Shown here: positions 19,910 through 29,212 of the stretch, in pieces | Layout of the letters: every line of letters begins with the position of its first letter | How positions within the stretch are numbered: position 1 is the stretch's first letter | Assembly: GCA_963662285.2 (NCBI GenBank) | Contig: CAXXMV010000001.1 | Location: 512,001 to 576,000, forward strand | Length of the DNA stretch: 64,000 nt | Source: a bacterium | GTDB taxonomy: Bacteria > Hinthialibacterota > Hinthialibacteria > Hinthialibacterales > Hinthialibacteraceae | Direction of reading: 5' to 3' | Position numbers and translations under genes: made by a program | The notes under the pieces: model-generated | Database searches by the model: none | What the model was told of the DNA's origin: nothing | Seen by the model: only the letters and a program-made list of their open reading frames with translations

Positions 19910-20914
19910 ATGCGTTTATTATTTATCCAAAAAACAATAATTGAACTTTTCAAGGCAACACTGGGAAAACTCCATTTTTCTAAACATGGAAGATGGCTCG
20001 GACCGCTGATCGGATTGCTATTTCTCTGTGTAATCCTATGGATCGCAACTCCCCATTTCTTAACGGTTTCCAACCTAACCAATGTAGCCCAACAATCTTC
20101 GATCAACGCTATCATTTCCATAGGGATGACTTTTGTCATTCTTACGGCGGGCATCGATCTATCGGTGGGTTCCGTCCTGGCATTTGTGGGGGTAGTTTTA
20201 GCCAGCGTTTTGCATGCCAACGTACCTCCTGCCATTGCTATACCAATCGCATTACTGGTTGGAATGATGGCTGGAGCAATTAACGGCGTCCTGATCAGTT
20301 GGGGAAAACTGCCGCCATTTATTGTCACTTTGGGAATGATGAGCGTGGCGCGCGGCGGCGCCTTAATCTTCACCGGGGGCAGACCGATATCCGGTTTTAC
20401 TGAAGGATTCCGCGATATATCAAATAATGACTTTCTTTTTCTACCGGTTCCCGTCTGGATTATGATTGCGCTCTACGTTGCGGCGCATTTCATCCTGACC
20501 AGGACGCGTTTCGGGCGTTACACCTATGCCATAGGCGGTAATGAATCGGCGGCGTATCTATCAGGCATAAACGTTCGCGTTTACAAGATGATCGTCTACG
20601 CCCTGTCCGGTCTGACCTGCGCTATTGCGGCAATCCTGCTTACCTCCCGCCTGAATTCAGCTCAACCTCTGGCGGGCATCAACTATGAACTGGACGCCAT
20701 CGCCGCAACTGTTATCGGCGGAACCAGCCTGATGGGAGGCGAAGGCTGCATCAGTGGAACATTGGTAGGAGCGCTTATTATCCAGGTTTTACGCAACGGA
20801 CTGAATTTAATGGAAATTTCATCAAATTTCCAGAATGTGGTGATTGGCAGCGTAATTGTGATTGCCGCGTTAATGGATATGTATCTGAAATCGCGGTCGC
20901 AAAAAAAACATTAG
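19910..20914 (+). CDS. Sugar ABC transporter permease (RbsC family)
   Basis: GIDLSVGS, PPFIVTLG, AIGGNESAAYLSG and YELDAIAATVIGGTSL motifs. Confidence 0.93.
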   Translation: MRLLFIQKTIIELFKATLGKLHFSKHGRWLGPLIGLLFLCVILWIATPHFLTVSNLTNVAQQSSINAIISIGMTFVILTAGIDLSVGSVLAFVGVVLASVLHANVPPAIAIPIALLVGMMAGAINGVLISWGKLPPFIVTLGMMSVARGGALIFTGGRPISGFTEGFRDISNNDFLFLPVPVWIMIALYVAAHFILTRTRFGRYTYAIGGNESAAYLSGINVRVYKMIVYALSGLTCAIAAILLTSRLNSAQPLAGINYELDAIAATVIGGTSLMGGEGCISGTLVGALIIQVLRNGLNLMEISSNFQNVVIGSVIVIAALMDMYLKSRSQKKH

Positions 20915-20926
20915 TAGGAGAATAAA

Positions 20927-21862
20927 ATGAAACGATGGCCATTGGTTATTATCATTGGATTAATAATTTCGGTTTTTGTTTGTGGCTGCAACCGGGCGCC
21001 TCAATCCGTCAATCAGAAATTGCGTATCGGCTTTGTTATGAAAACGCTTAGCAATCCGTTCTTCATTCAAATGGAGGAGGGGGCTAATGAAGCGGCGCAA
21101 AACCTGGGCGTTGAACTGGTCGTACAAGCCGCCGACCGGGAAATCGATGTGGAACGGCAATTGCAGATCATCGAAAACCTGATCGAAACCAAGGTTGACG
21201 CGCTATGCATTACGCCAAGCGGTTCGCGTGAAATTGTAAGCGCCATCGCCAAAGCCAACGCGGCCAATATTCCCGTCTTGATTGTGGATACAAAAGTAGA
21301 TGCGCAAACAGCCAAGGATATGAAGGTTAATTACGTCACCTTTATCGGTTCGGATAATTACCAAGGCGGGTTATTGGCTGGTCAGCATTTCGCAAAAAAA
21401 TTTAAGGAGACGACCGAACTGGTGATTCTAGAGGGAATTCCAGGCCATGAAACCCATGATTCCCGCCGCCAGGGATTTCTGGATGGAATCAAAGAGGCGC
21501 CTCAGTTAAAGATCGTCTCTTCGCAACCCGCCAATACCGAACGCGACCAGGGCTTTAATGTATTTCAAAACATCCTGCAAACTCATCCTGATGTCAAAGC
21601 CCTGTTCTGCACCAACGATATGATGGCTTTGGGCGCCGTGGAAGCAATATCCGCCGCAGGCAAAGAAGGCCAGATCGCCGTCATTGGCTTTGACGCAGTT
21701 GATGAGGCGCGCGAAGCAATCAAGCAGGGACGTATGGAAGGCTCCATCGCCCAGTCTCCCGATGAAATGGGACGCGTCGCAGTGCAATGCGCCGTAAAAT
21801 TTCTAAATGGCGAGAGCATCCCGGATACAGTACCGGTCAAAATTGAATTAATAACAAAATAA
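20927..21862 (+). CDS. Sugar ABC transporter substrate-binding lipoprotein (RbsB family)
   Basis: Lipobox-like VCGC; NPFF, GSDNYQGG, NDMMALGA and GFDA motifs. Confidence 0.92.
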   Translation: MKRWPLVIIIGLIISVFVCGCNRAPQSVNQKLRIGFVMKTLSNPFFIQMEEGANEAAQNLGVELVVQAADREIDVERQLQIIENLIETKVDALCITPSGSREIVSAIAKANAANIPVLIVDTKVDAQTAKDMKVNYVTFIGSDNYQGGLLAGQHFAKKFKETTELVILEGIPGHETHDSRRQGFLDGIKEAPQLKIVSSQPANTERDQGFNVFQNILQTHPDVKALFCTNDMMALGAVEAISAAGKEGQIAVIGFDAVDEAREAIKQGRMEGSIAQSPDEMGRVAVQCAVKFLNGESIPDTVPVKIELITK

Positions 21863-21925
21863 ATCACCGTTAATGATTATAATATTAACGATTATGCTAT
21901 TAACCATTCAACTATATTGGCGCAA

Positions 21926-22203
21926 TCCCCTCTCCCGCCGGGAGAGGGCAAGGGTGAGGGGGAATTATAGATCACCAATGTAGGGCGCGCCCCTTGTGGG
22001 CGCCCGTTAAACACAACAACCATAGATTAAACAACGCATAGGGTGGATCACGCCTTACCGACCCACCAAGAGTAATTTGTTGATCGGGCAACGCATAGGA
22101 TGGACTGAAATTTTGGGCGCCAAGGGCAAGACCGCATTGCGCTCAGCCCTTGATTAAATAAACCTACGCGTAGGGTGGGCTAAAAGCGATAGCGCAGCCC
22201 ACC
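21926..22203. repeat. Mosaic of at least five REP-like palindromes from three families
   Basis: BoxC-like unit 21926-21963; GTAG/ATAG-type units 21980-22005, 22038-22067 and 22170-22203; 38-bp family copy 22115-22152. Confidence 0.85.
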
Positions 22204-22249
22204 AAGAACAACCCAAGAATAATTATTGAATACAATCAGGAGAAAACAA

Positions 22250-23152
22250 ATGAGTCAAATTAAAGTCGCAAATGCTCCCTGTTCATGGGGCGTACTGGAA
22301 TTTGATCTGGATGGAGAAGCCGCTGGTTATGCAAAGGTTCTGGATGAGATGGTCCAATCGGGTTACGTAGGGACTGAATTCGGCGACTGGGGATTCATGC
22401 CGACTGATCCTGATGTCCTGCGTCAGGAACTGGAAAAACGCAACCTGGCCATGTTGGGCGCTTTTGTACCGGTTCAGCTGATTAATCCCGACGCCCACCA
22501 AGATGGCGCGTCAACCGCGATAAAGACGGCTAAACTGCTTGCAGCGGTGAACGAGACGCCATTTATCGTTTTGGCTGACGATAATGGAACCGTCGAGAAT
22601 CGCACCAAAAAAGCCGGACGCATCCAGCCCGAAGACGGCCTTAATGATGAAGAATGGAAAGTTTTCGCTAAGGGCGCTGAACTGGTCGCCATGATGGTTA
22701 AAGAAGAGACTGGCGTCCGTACAGTATTTCATCATCACTGCGGCGGTTACATCGAAACTCCATCTGAGGTCGAGCGTCTTCTTGCTCTAACCAATCCCGA
22801 ATTGCTTGGTCTATGCTTCGATACAGGACACTTTGAATATGGCGGCGGAAATGCTCTGGAAGGATTAAAATCATACACCGACCGTATCTGGCATGTGCAT
22901 TTCAAAGATTGTCATCCAGGCATCGCCAACCAGATACGTAACAATCAGCAAGATTACTTCGAAGCGGTAAAGAACGGCGTCTTCTGTGAATTGGGTAAGG
23001 GTTCGGTAAATTTTCCGGCTGTGTTGAGTGAATTAAAAAAACAAGGATATCAGGATTGGATTGTGGTCGAGCAGGATGTTCTGCCCGGTATGGGAACCCC
23101 CATAGAAAGCGCCATGCGTAACCGAGAATACTTGAAATCACTAGGATTGTAA
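22250..23152 (+). CDS. iolE: Myo-inosose-2 dehydratase-like TIM-barrel protein
   Basis: ANAPCSWG, FHHHCGGYIET, DTGH, HVHFKD, FCELGKG and VVEQD motifs; between the ABC genes and iolG; AGGAG RBS. Confidence 0.8.
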   Translation: MSQIKVANAPCSWGVLEFDLDGEAAGYAKVLDEMVQSGYVGTEFGDWGFMPTDPDVLRQELEKRNLAMLGAFVPVQLINPDAHQDGASTAIKTAKLLAAVNETPFIVLADDNGTVENRTKKAGRIQPEDGLNDEEWKVFAKGAELVAMMVKEETGVRTVFHHHCGGYIETPSEVERLLALTNPELLGLCFDTGHFEYGGGNALEGLKSYTDRIWHVHFKDCHPGIANQIRNNQQDYFEAVKNGVFCELGKGSVNFPAVLSELKKQGYQDWIVVEQDVLPGMGTPIESAMRNREYLKSLGL

Positions 23153-23209
23153 TAATCCAGTTTTATTTATAGATCGACAGGAAAACCAAAATATCAAAGG
23201 ATATTGATA

Positions 23210-24232
23210 ATGACCAATACAAATATGATCAATATTGGATTAATCGGAACTGGCCGGATAGGCAAGGTTCATGCTGAGCATATCGCCTATAGATTTCCCA
23301 ACGCCCGTTTGGAAGCAATATGCGATGTTAATCTTGCATCGGCGCAAGAGTGCGCAGACCGTTTCAATGTAGCCAACGTTTCCAACAACGCGAAATCAAT
23401 CTTCGCCAATGATAAGGTAGACGCTGTGTTGATCTGCTCTTCAACCAACACCCATGCGTCTTTGTGCGAAGAAGCAGCCCAGGCTAAAAAGCATATTTTT
23501 TGTGAAAAGCCTATCGATTTAGACTTGGCGAGGATCGACAAGACATTGGAAATAGTTAAAAAGTCGGGCGTGAAATTCATGGCTGGCTTCAACCGCCGTT
23601 TCGACCCCAATTTTTTAGAGGTCTATCGACAAATCCGGGATGGCGTAATCGGCGAACCGCACCTGCTGCGCATAACCAGCCGCGACCCAGGGCCTCCCCC
23701 GATTGAATATGTAAAAATATCGGGCGGTATGTTTCTGGATATGACCATCCATGATTTTGATATGGCGCGTTATCTGGTGGGCAGCGAAATAGTCTCGGTA
23801 TACGCCGCGGGTGGAGTCTTGGTTGATCCAAAAATCGGCGAAGCGGGCGATATCGACACGGCTCTGATCACGCTGCATTTCGCCAACGGCGCGATTGGCG
23901 CTATCGATAACAGCCGCCAAGCCATCTACGGCTATGACCAGCGCGTGGAAGTATTCGGCTCCAAAGGCATGGTGTCAGCGGAAAACAATACGCCTACCCG
24001 CACTCAGATCAGCAACGCGGACGGCGTCCATTCACCACTGCCGCTCAATTTCTTCATGGATCGTTATATTGATTCATATATCACCGAAATTGAACGCTTT
24101 ATCTCTTCTATTATTGAGGATAAAGAATCCGACGTAACCGGAATCGATGCACGCTATCCGGTAGTTATAGCATTGGCGGCGCAACTCTCAATGAAAGAAA
24201 AACGCCCTGTTGCGTTGAGTGAGATTAAATAA
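23210..24232 (+). CDS. iolG: Inositol 2-dehydrogenase
   Basis: GTGRIG, CEKP, GFNRRFD, TSRDP, DMTIHDFD and YGYDQRVE motifs. Confidence 0.95.
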   Translation: MTNTNMINIGLIGTGRIGKVHAEHIAYRFPNARLEAICDVNLASAQECADRFNVANVSNNAKSIFANDKVDAVLICSSTNTHASLCEEAAQAKKHIFCEKPIDLDLARIDKTLEIVKKSGVKFMAGFNRRFDPNFLEVYRQIRDGVIGEPHLLRITSRDPGPPPIEYVKISGGMFLDMTIHDFDMARYLVGSEIVSVYAAGGVLVDPKIGEAGDIDTALITLHFANGAIGAIDNSRQAIYGYDQRVEVFGSKGMVSAENNTPTRTQISNADGVHSPLPLNFFMDRYIDSYITEIERFISSIIEDKESDVTGIDARYPVVIALAAQLSMKEKRPVALSEIK

Positions 24233-24261
24233 AAGTTCTAATCATCAAATTGCCGTATTCC

Positions 24262-24291
24262 AAAAGCCCATTTTTTTATGGGCTTTTTTTT
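24262..24291 (+). terminator. Intrinsic terminator after iolG
   Basis: AAAAGCCCAT...ATGGGC stem followed by T8. Confidence 0.8.
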
Positions 24292-24322
24292 GAAATTTTC
24301 TCTTTACAAACGAAACATACAT

Positions 24323-24336
24323 GTTACAATTGTAAC
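24323..24336. promoter_or_regulatory. BlaI/MecI/CopY-type operator
   Basis: Perfect palindrome GTTACAATTGTAAC containing the family consensus TACA-NN-TGTA, about 30 bp upstream of the repressor start. Confidence 0.8.
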
Positions 24337-24363
24337 TATTATAATCGAATCAAGGAGTTCATC

Positions 24364-24750
24364 ATGGTCAGACGTTCTTCCGATCCACTATCCTCCAGCG
24401 AATGGCAGGTCATGAAAATTGTATGGGAATTAAAATCCTGCGCGGTGCGTGATGTGTATAACCGGATATCCCAGGAATTCAATTGGAATCAAAACACCGT
24501 TCGCACATTCTTAAACCGATTAGTCGACAAGGGATTTCTCAAAACCAAGCAGGTTGGGAATTGCCTGGTTTACAGTCCTAAGCGTCCATTTCTTCGCGCA
24601 ATCTATAACGCGGCAGATGATCTGCTAGACAAAACTATTACAGGCCAAACCGGGCCGGTTCTCTCCTATCTGCTAGAAAAAAGCGAATTATCGGCGGGAG
24701 AGATCAAAGAACTACGGGCATTACTCGATAAACATGCCGAAAAGGAATGA
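24364..24750 (+). CDS. BlaI/MecI/CopY family transcriptional repressor
   Basis: LSSSEWQVMKIVW and TVRTFLNRLVDKGFL motifs; AAGGAG RBS before ATG 24364. Confidence 0.93.
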   Translation: MVRRSSDPLSSSEWQVMKIVWELKSCAVRDVYNRISQEFNWNQNTVRTFLNRLVDKGFLKTKQVGNCLVYSPKRPFLRAIYNAADDLLDKTITGQTGPVLSYLLEKSELSAGEIKELRALLDKHAEKE

Positions 24751-24753
24751 ATC

Positions 24754-27264
24754 GTGAACATCATCGAAACGATTAACCAATGGGCTGCAACATGGTCGGC
24801 GATCATGACGACGCGAGTGATCGATTCAACTATTGTATTACTGATCGTGGCGACTGTATGGTTTGTAATTAAAAAACGGGCGCCCTCCCAATTAGGCTAT
24901 TGCCTATTCCTGTTTGTCTTGGTGAAATTAATCATCCCCGCTTCCATAATCATCCCAATCAATACAGGAATCAATTTGAATGCAGACGCATTTCGAGGTT
25001 CACCATTCCGGGCTGACAACAATTATCTCGATCAATCCGCCTACAAAACAAACCTGTTCGCCGGAAACAAAGCAGCTAAGCTCCCGGAAACAAAATACGA
25101 AGAACGTCATATAGTTTCATATCCGGGTGTTTTGTTCTTTGATCCTTTTTCTTACATTTCATACTCCAGTGTTTTTATGCTGCTATGGGCATTAGGCGCT
25201 GGTTGGTTACTGATTCGCTTCATAATCAATCAGAGAAAATTCCGGTGTAGTATCAGGGGTTTGGAAGAGGTCAATCTTAATTCGGCGCCAGTGGATTTGG
25301 TCCAAATTCAACGCAGCGCCAGGATCAAACAACCAATCCGATGGTATTACAGTCCTGATAGTAGAGTTCCTGCGGTTTGCGGCATAACTCACCCTACTGT
25401 CATAATCCCCCATAACTTTTTCATCGACGTCAGCCCCGCTCAAGCGCAATGGATATTACTGCATGAGTTATCGCACATACGCAGACGTGATAACGCCGTA
25501 AGCTTATTACAAAGTTTGATCCATATCCTGTTTTTCTTTCATCCCGGAGTATGGATTGCAAACCTGAAAGTTAACCAGTTGCGCGAGTACGCCTGCGACG
25601 ATTTCGCGTTGGTCAAAAGCGAAACGCCAAAATTTGTATGTGGTGAAGGTTTATACTCAATGGCTCAAAAAATCGACCAGTTTCCAGAGCAATTAAACCC
25701 ATCGATTAGCTTGGTGAAATCACAATCTTTAATAAGGAGAAGAATGATGAGAATCCTGGATGGTCAGCGAATCATCAAGACAAGATTATCGGTTTATTCT
25801 TTTGTACTACTAATGTTTGTCATGCCGGTTTTATTACTCTCAGTTCAAGCAATCGAGACCATTGAACAAAACTCGGTCAGCCAACTCGATCCAATTGGTA
25901 ATTGGCAAAGCGTAGATTTTGTGAGGAATGTTGAGGATTTCCGACCAGGGAGCAAAAGATGGACAGACGATTTTTTCCTCAAGAAAGTTCAATTACACAA
26001 AGACGGAACATCGTCTATAGGTATTACGTGGAAGCAAGGGTGGATCATGCATTCGGATGGCCGGACAAAGGCTCAATACTATATCAAGAGAATGGAAGAT
26101 GCGACTTACTTGTTCTTTCCCTGGCTCAGCGGCGATGTGACCATACGCGGCCAAGCGCCTTGGTATTATGTCCTAAAAAAGATTTCTGATGAGACTCAAC
26201 CGGACGACGCGATAAAAAGCAAAGGTTCTTCTTCCAAACGGATATCATTTCAAACAGTTATCCCTATCACTGATGTCAAAGAATTTGATGACGTCCGCTG
26301 GAAAGACATGAGTGAACTTGATCTATCCCAACGACCAGAACTTCCGGCGACGTTCTGGTTCAATCAAAAAACAGTCTGGCCGGATATTGCCCATATGCCC
26401 AAGGGATGCGATCCACATAAACTCCTTAGTGATGCAATGTCTCCTGGGCTGGGCGTCCGGGATTTGCATAAGGAAGGCATCACGGGTAAAGGAGTTAACG
26501 TAGGCATCATCGATCAGCCGCTCTATCAGAATCATCCAGAATTTGCGGGTAAGATCACAGCCTATCACGACGTCGGATGCGGCAGCGAAAGCAGCATGCA
26601 CGGACCTGCAGTGGCCAGTCTGCTGGTCGGGAATAATTGCGGAACAGCTCCGGGAGCTAAGGTTTACTACGTTGCAGCGCCCTCTTGGAAAAAAGATGCT
26701 GAATACAACGCCAAAGCCCTCCACTGGATCATTGAGCAAAATGAAAAATTATCCCAATCTGAAAAAATCCGGGTTGTGTCGGTTTCATCGGCGCCATCCG
26801 GACCAGGGTCGCCATTCGATAAAAATGGGGAGATGTGGGATAAAGCATGCGCCCTAGCTGAATCCCAAGGTCTTATGGTATTGGACTGCACCCAACACAG
26901 AGGTTTTATCGGGCCATGTTATTATGATCTAGCGGACGCCGACAACCTGTCAAAATGCAAATCCGGATTCCCCGGAATGCGTAGTGGGATAATTTCTGAC
27001 GGCATTCTTGTCCCCTGTTCACCGCGCACGACTGCTGAAGAATATAATAAAGGCGAGCATTCATTCCAATATTGCGGTAGAGGTGGATTGAGTTGGTCTA
27101 TTCCCTATAGCGCTGGAGTGCTGGCGCTCGGTTGGCAGCTGCGCCCTGATTTAACCGCAGCCCAAATGAAAAAATGTCTTTTCGATTCCGCATATATTAC
27201 AAATGAAGGCGAAAAAATTATTAATCCAAAAGAGTTTATTCGCACAATAAAGAACATGCCATAA
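24754..27264 (+). CDS. BlaR1-type M56 metallopeptidase fused to a C-terminal S8 (subtilase-like) domain
   Basis: N-terminal TM segments, HELSH zincin motif and REYACDD; C-terminal GKGVNVGIID, HGPAVASLL and GGLSWSIP (Asp/His/Ser order). Confidence 0.85.
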   Translation: MNIIETINQWAATWSAIMTTRVIDSTIVLLIVATVWFVIKKRAPSQLGYCLFLFVLVKLIIPASIIIPINTGINLNADAFRGSPFRADNNYLDQSAYKTNLFAGNKAAKLPETKYEERHIVSYPGVLFFDPFSYISYSSVFMLLWALGAGWLLIRFIINQRKFRCSIRGLEEVNLNSAPVDLVQIQRSARIKQPIRWYYSPDSRVPAVCGITHPTVIIPHNFFIDVSPAQAQWILLHELSHIRRRDNAVSLLQSLIHILFFFHPGVWIANLKVNQLREYACDDFALVKSETPKFVCGEGLYSMAQKIDQFPEQLNPSISLVKSQSLIRRRMMRILDGQRIIKTRLSVYSFVLLMFVMPVLLLSVQAIETIEQNSVSQLDPIGNWQSVDFVRNVEDFRPGSKRWTDDFFLKKVQLHKDGTSSIGITWKQGWIMHSDGRTKAQYYIKRMEDATYLFFPWLSGDVTIRGQAPWYYVLKKISDETQPDDAIKSKGSSSKRISFQTVIPITDVKEFDDVRWKDMSELDLSQRPELPATFWFNQKTVWPDIAHMPKGCDPHKLLSDAMSPGLGVRDLHKEGITGKGVNVGIIDQPLYQNHPEFAGKITAYHDVGCGSESSMHGPAVASLLVGNNCGTAPGAKVYYVAAPSWKKDAEYNAKALHWIIEQNEKLSQSEKIRVVSVSSAPSGPGSPFDKNGEMWDKACALAESQGLMVLDCTQHRGFIGPCYYDLADADNLSKCKSGFPGMRSGIISDGILVPCSPRTTAEEYNKGEHSFQYCGRGGLSWSIPYSAGVLALGWQLRPDLTAAQMKKCLFDSAYITNEGEKIINPKEFIRTIKNMP

Positions 27265-27320
27265 ACATTTGAAATCAGATAATGAATAAATTCAGGATAG
27301 AATAGTTTTCATAAGAATGT

Positions 27321-27358
27321 TCTTCGTAGAAGCCGGAAAAGATTGGCTTCTACGAAGA
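27321..27358. terminator. Hairpin between convergent genes
   Basis: TCTTCGTAGAAGCC-N10-GGCTTCTACGAAGA, a perfect 14-bp stem. Confidence 0.75.
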
Positions 27359-27398
27359 CAAAAGGCAATAATAAACGAATATTTTTTTGATAATCGCT

Positions 27399-28802
27399 CT
27401 AACCACGGGAAAACAAACTCTGCTTAGCTGCAGCCCCGACCAGTTGTTTGCCGACTGACCATACTGGTCCGGGGAATTTACGGCATTGGTCTAGCACTGA
27501 ATCAAGGGCGTTTATCAGCATATCCACTTCTTCATCGGTCATGATCAGAGGCGGCAGAAGTTTTACGATTTCCTGGTTATGTCCGGCCACCTGGGTTAGG
27601 ATATTGTGTTCTTTATAGAGTTGCATAACCACGGCTTGAGCGAATAGGCCGTTTTGCGCCGCGTGGAGCAGCGCCCAAGCCGGTTTGAGCATGAAAGAAC
27701 GCGGTGAACCGAACTCGATGCCGATCATTAAACCCTTGCCGCGGACGTGATGAATCAACTCATGCTTCTCTTTCAGTTGCTTGATTCCAGTTAGCAAGCG
27801 TTCTCCCGACTGAGCCGACCGTTCAGGCAGTTTTTCTTCTTCAATCACATGCAGCGCAGCCAGTCCAGCCGCCATGGCTAAAGCGTTCTGGCCGAAAGTA
27901 GTCGAATGCACAACGCAACGGTCCAGTCGGCTGAAGACTTTCTTATATACGGCGTCCGAATATAAAATGGCGCCAATGGGGATCATGCCTCCACTCAAGG
28001 CTTTGGCGCAGATCAGGATATCCGGTTCAAGCCCCCAATGCTGGCTGGCCCATGTCTTGCCGGTGCGCCCTAATCCAGTCTGGATTTCATCAACGATCAA
28101 CAGCGTCCCGGTATCGCGGCATAATTTCTGGATGGCGGGATAAATCTCATCGTCTTCTGGATAAAAGACTCCCTTGCCGCGAATTGGTTCCATAATCACT
28201 GCGGCGACGGTTTTCTTTCTAAGTTCATGTTCGATGGCATTGAGGTCTTCGAAATTGGTTTGCTCCGCTCCGGGCAGCAGGTCGCCGAATCCCTCGCGGA
28301 ACGATTGGTCGCCATTCAGCGCCAGTGAACCAGTGGTCAGGCCGTGGAAGGCGCCTTTACTGAACAGAATGCGTTGCCGTCCGGTGGCCGCCCTGGCGAA
28401 TTTGATAGAGCCTTCGGTCGACTCGGTTCCAGAATTGGTAAAGAAGACATGTTCCAACCTGTCGCATGGGGCTATGGAGATCAAGCGCTGGGCCAGCAAT
28501 CCACTGAGCAAACTGCAATCCATCTGCACCAGGTTGGGGGGATTCATTTCCATGACCTGTTGTATGGCTTGGCGGATAGTGGGATGGTTGCGTCCCATGC
28601 CGAACACGCCGTATCCACTCAGCGCGTCGAATATACGCCGACCGTCTACAGTAGTCAGATAGCATCCTTCGCCCTCAGCATATTCATGGGCGAAGCCGAT
28701 CATCTCCAATACGCGGGCGAATACAGGATTTACGTTGCGGTCATGCAATTCGCGCGCTTTACCGGAGTTTTGTTCAACAAGCGTCTTCAGGTCAAAGGTC
28801 AT
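27399..28802 (-). CDS. hpnO: Class III aminotransferase, HpnO-like (aminobacteriohopanetriol synthase)
   Basis: DEIQTGLGRTG PLP motif, plus features recalled for HpnO: PNLVQMD, RLDRCVVHSTTF, ILTQVAGH and the C-terminal PGPVWSVGKQLV. Confidence 0.7.
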   Translation of the reverse strand: MTFDLKTLVEQNSGKARELHDRNVNPVFARVLEMIGFAHEYAEGEGCYLTTVDGRRIFDALSGYGVFGMGRNHPTIRQAIQQVMEMNPPNLVQMDCSLLSGLLAQRLISIAPCDRLEHVFFTNSGTESTEGSIKFARAATGRQRILFSKGAFHGLTTGSLALNGDQSFREGFGDLLPGAEQTNFEDLNAIEHELRKKTVAAVIMEPIRGKGVFYPEDDEIYPAIQKLCRDTGTLLIVDEIQTGLGRTGKTWASQHWGLEPDILICAKALSGGMIPIGAILYSDAVYKKVFSRLDRCVVHSTTFGQNALAMAAGLAALHVIEEEKLPERSAQSGERLLTGIKQLKEKHELIHHVRGKGLMIGIEFGSPRSFMLKPAWALLHAAQNGLFAQAVVMQLYKEHNILTQVAGHNQEIVKLLPPLIMTDEEVDMLINALDSVLDQCRKFPGPVWSVGKQLVGAAAKQSLFSRG

Positions 28803-28842
28803 GGAGTCACGTCTTCTGGTTGTACTTTAGTAAATAAAAATA

Positions 28843-29061
28843 TCAAGAAATTTTAACATTATGACGCTTCATTACTTCGCGCCACTCGGCATCTTCCATC
28901 TCTTCTGATTCTTCGATCAACATAACGGGTATATCGTCTTTGATGGGGTAGCGTTTACGGGTTTCAGCGTCGGTGGAAACGATCCATTCACCATCCATAA
29001 CCACAGGCGCCTTGGTCTGCGGGCAGGCTAGAATTTCGAGTAATTTTTCACTGATAGGCAT
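28843..29061 (-). CDS. Trm112/YcaR-family small protein
   Basis: LLEILACP and YPIKDDIPVML motifs; ATG 29061 after GGGGAG. Confidence 0.85.
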   Translation of the reverse strand: MPISEKLLEILACPQTKAPVVMDGEWIVSTDAETRKRYPIKDDIPVMLIEESEEMEDAEWREVMKRHNVKIS

Positions 29062-29096
29062 GAGCATTCTCCCCCGTGGAATAATATGATTTACTT

Positions 29097-29126
29097 GATG
29101 GGTCGGTAAGGCATGACCCGTCCTAC
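29097..29126 (-). repeat. GTAG-type REP
   Basis: GTAGGACGGGTCATGCCTTACCGACCCATC; shares its loop with 22038-22067. Confidence 0.75.
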
Positions 29127-29212
29127 TTGTTCTTCCCACGGATTATTTTATACATAATAATTTTAGCATGAAAGCATTCGGCTTCTTGGTCAAGACGGAT
29201 GCAGGTGATTAT

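Noticed and set aside
24250-24363. ORF-track N-terminal extension of BlaI
   Set aside because: It spans the iolG terminator and the operator; the RBS supports ATG 24364.
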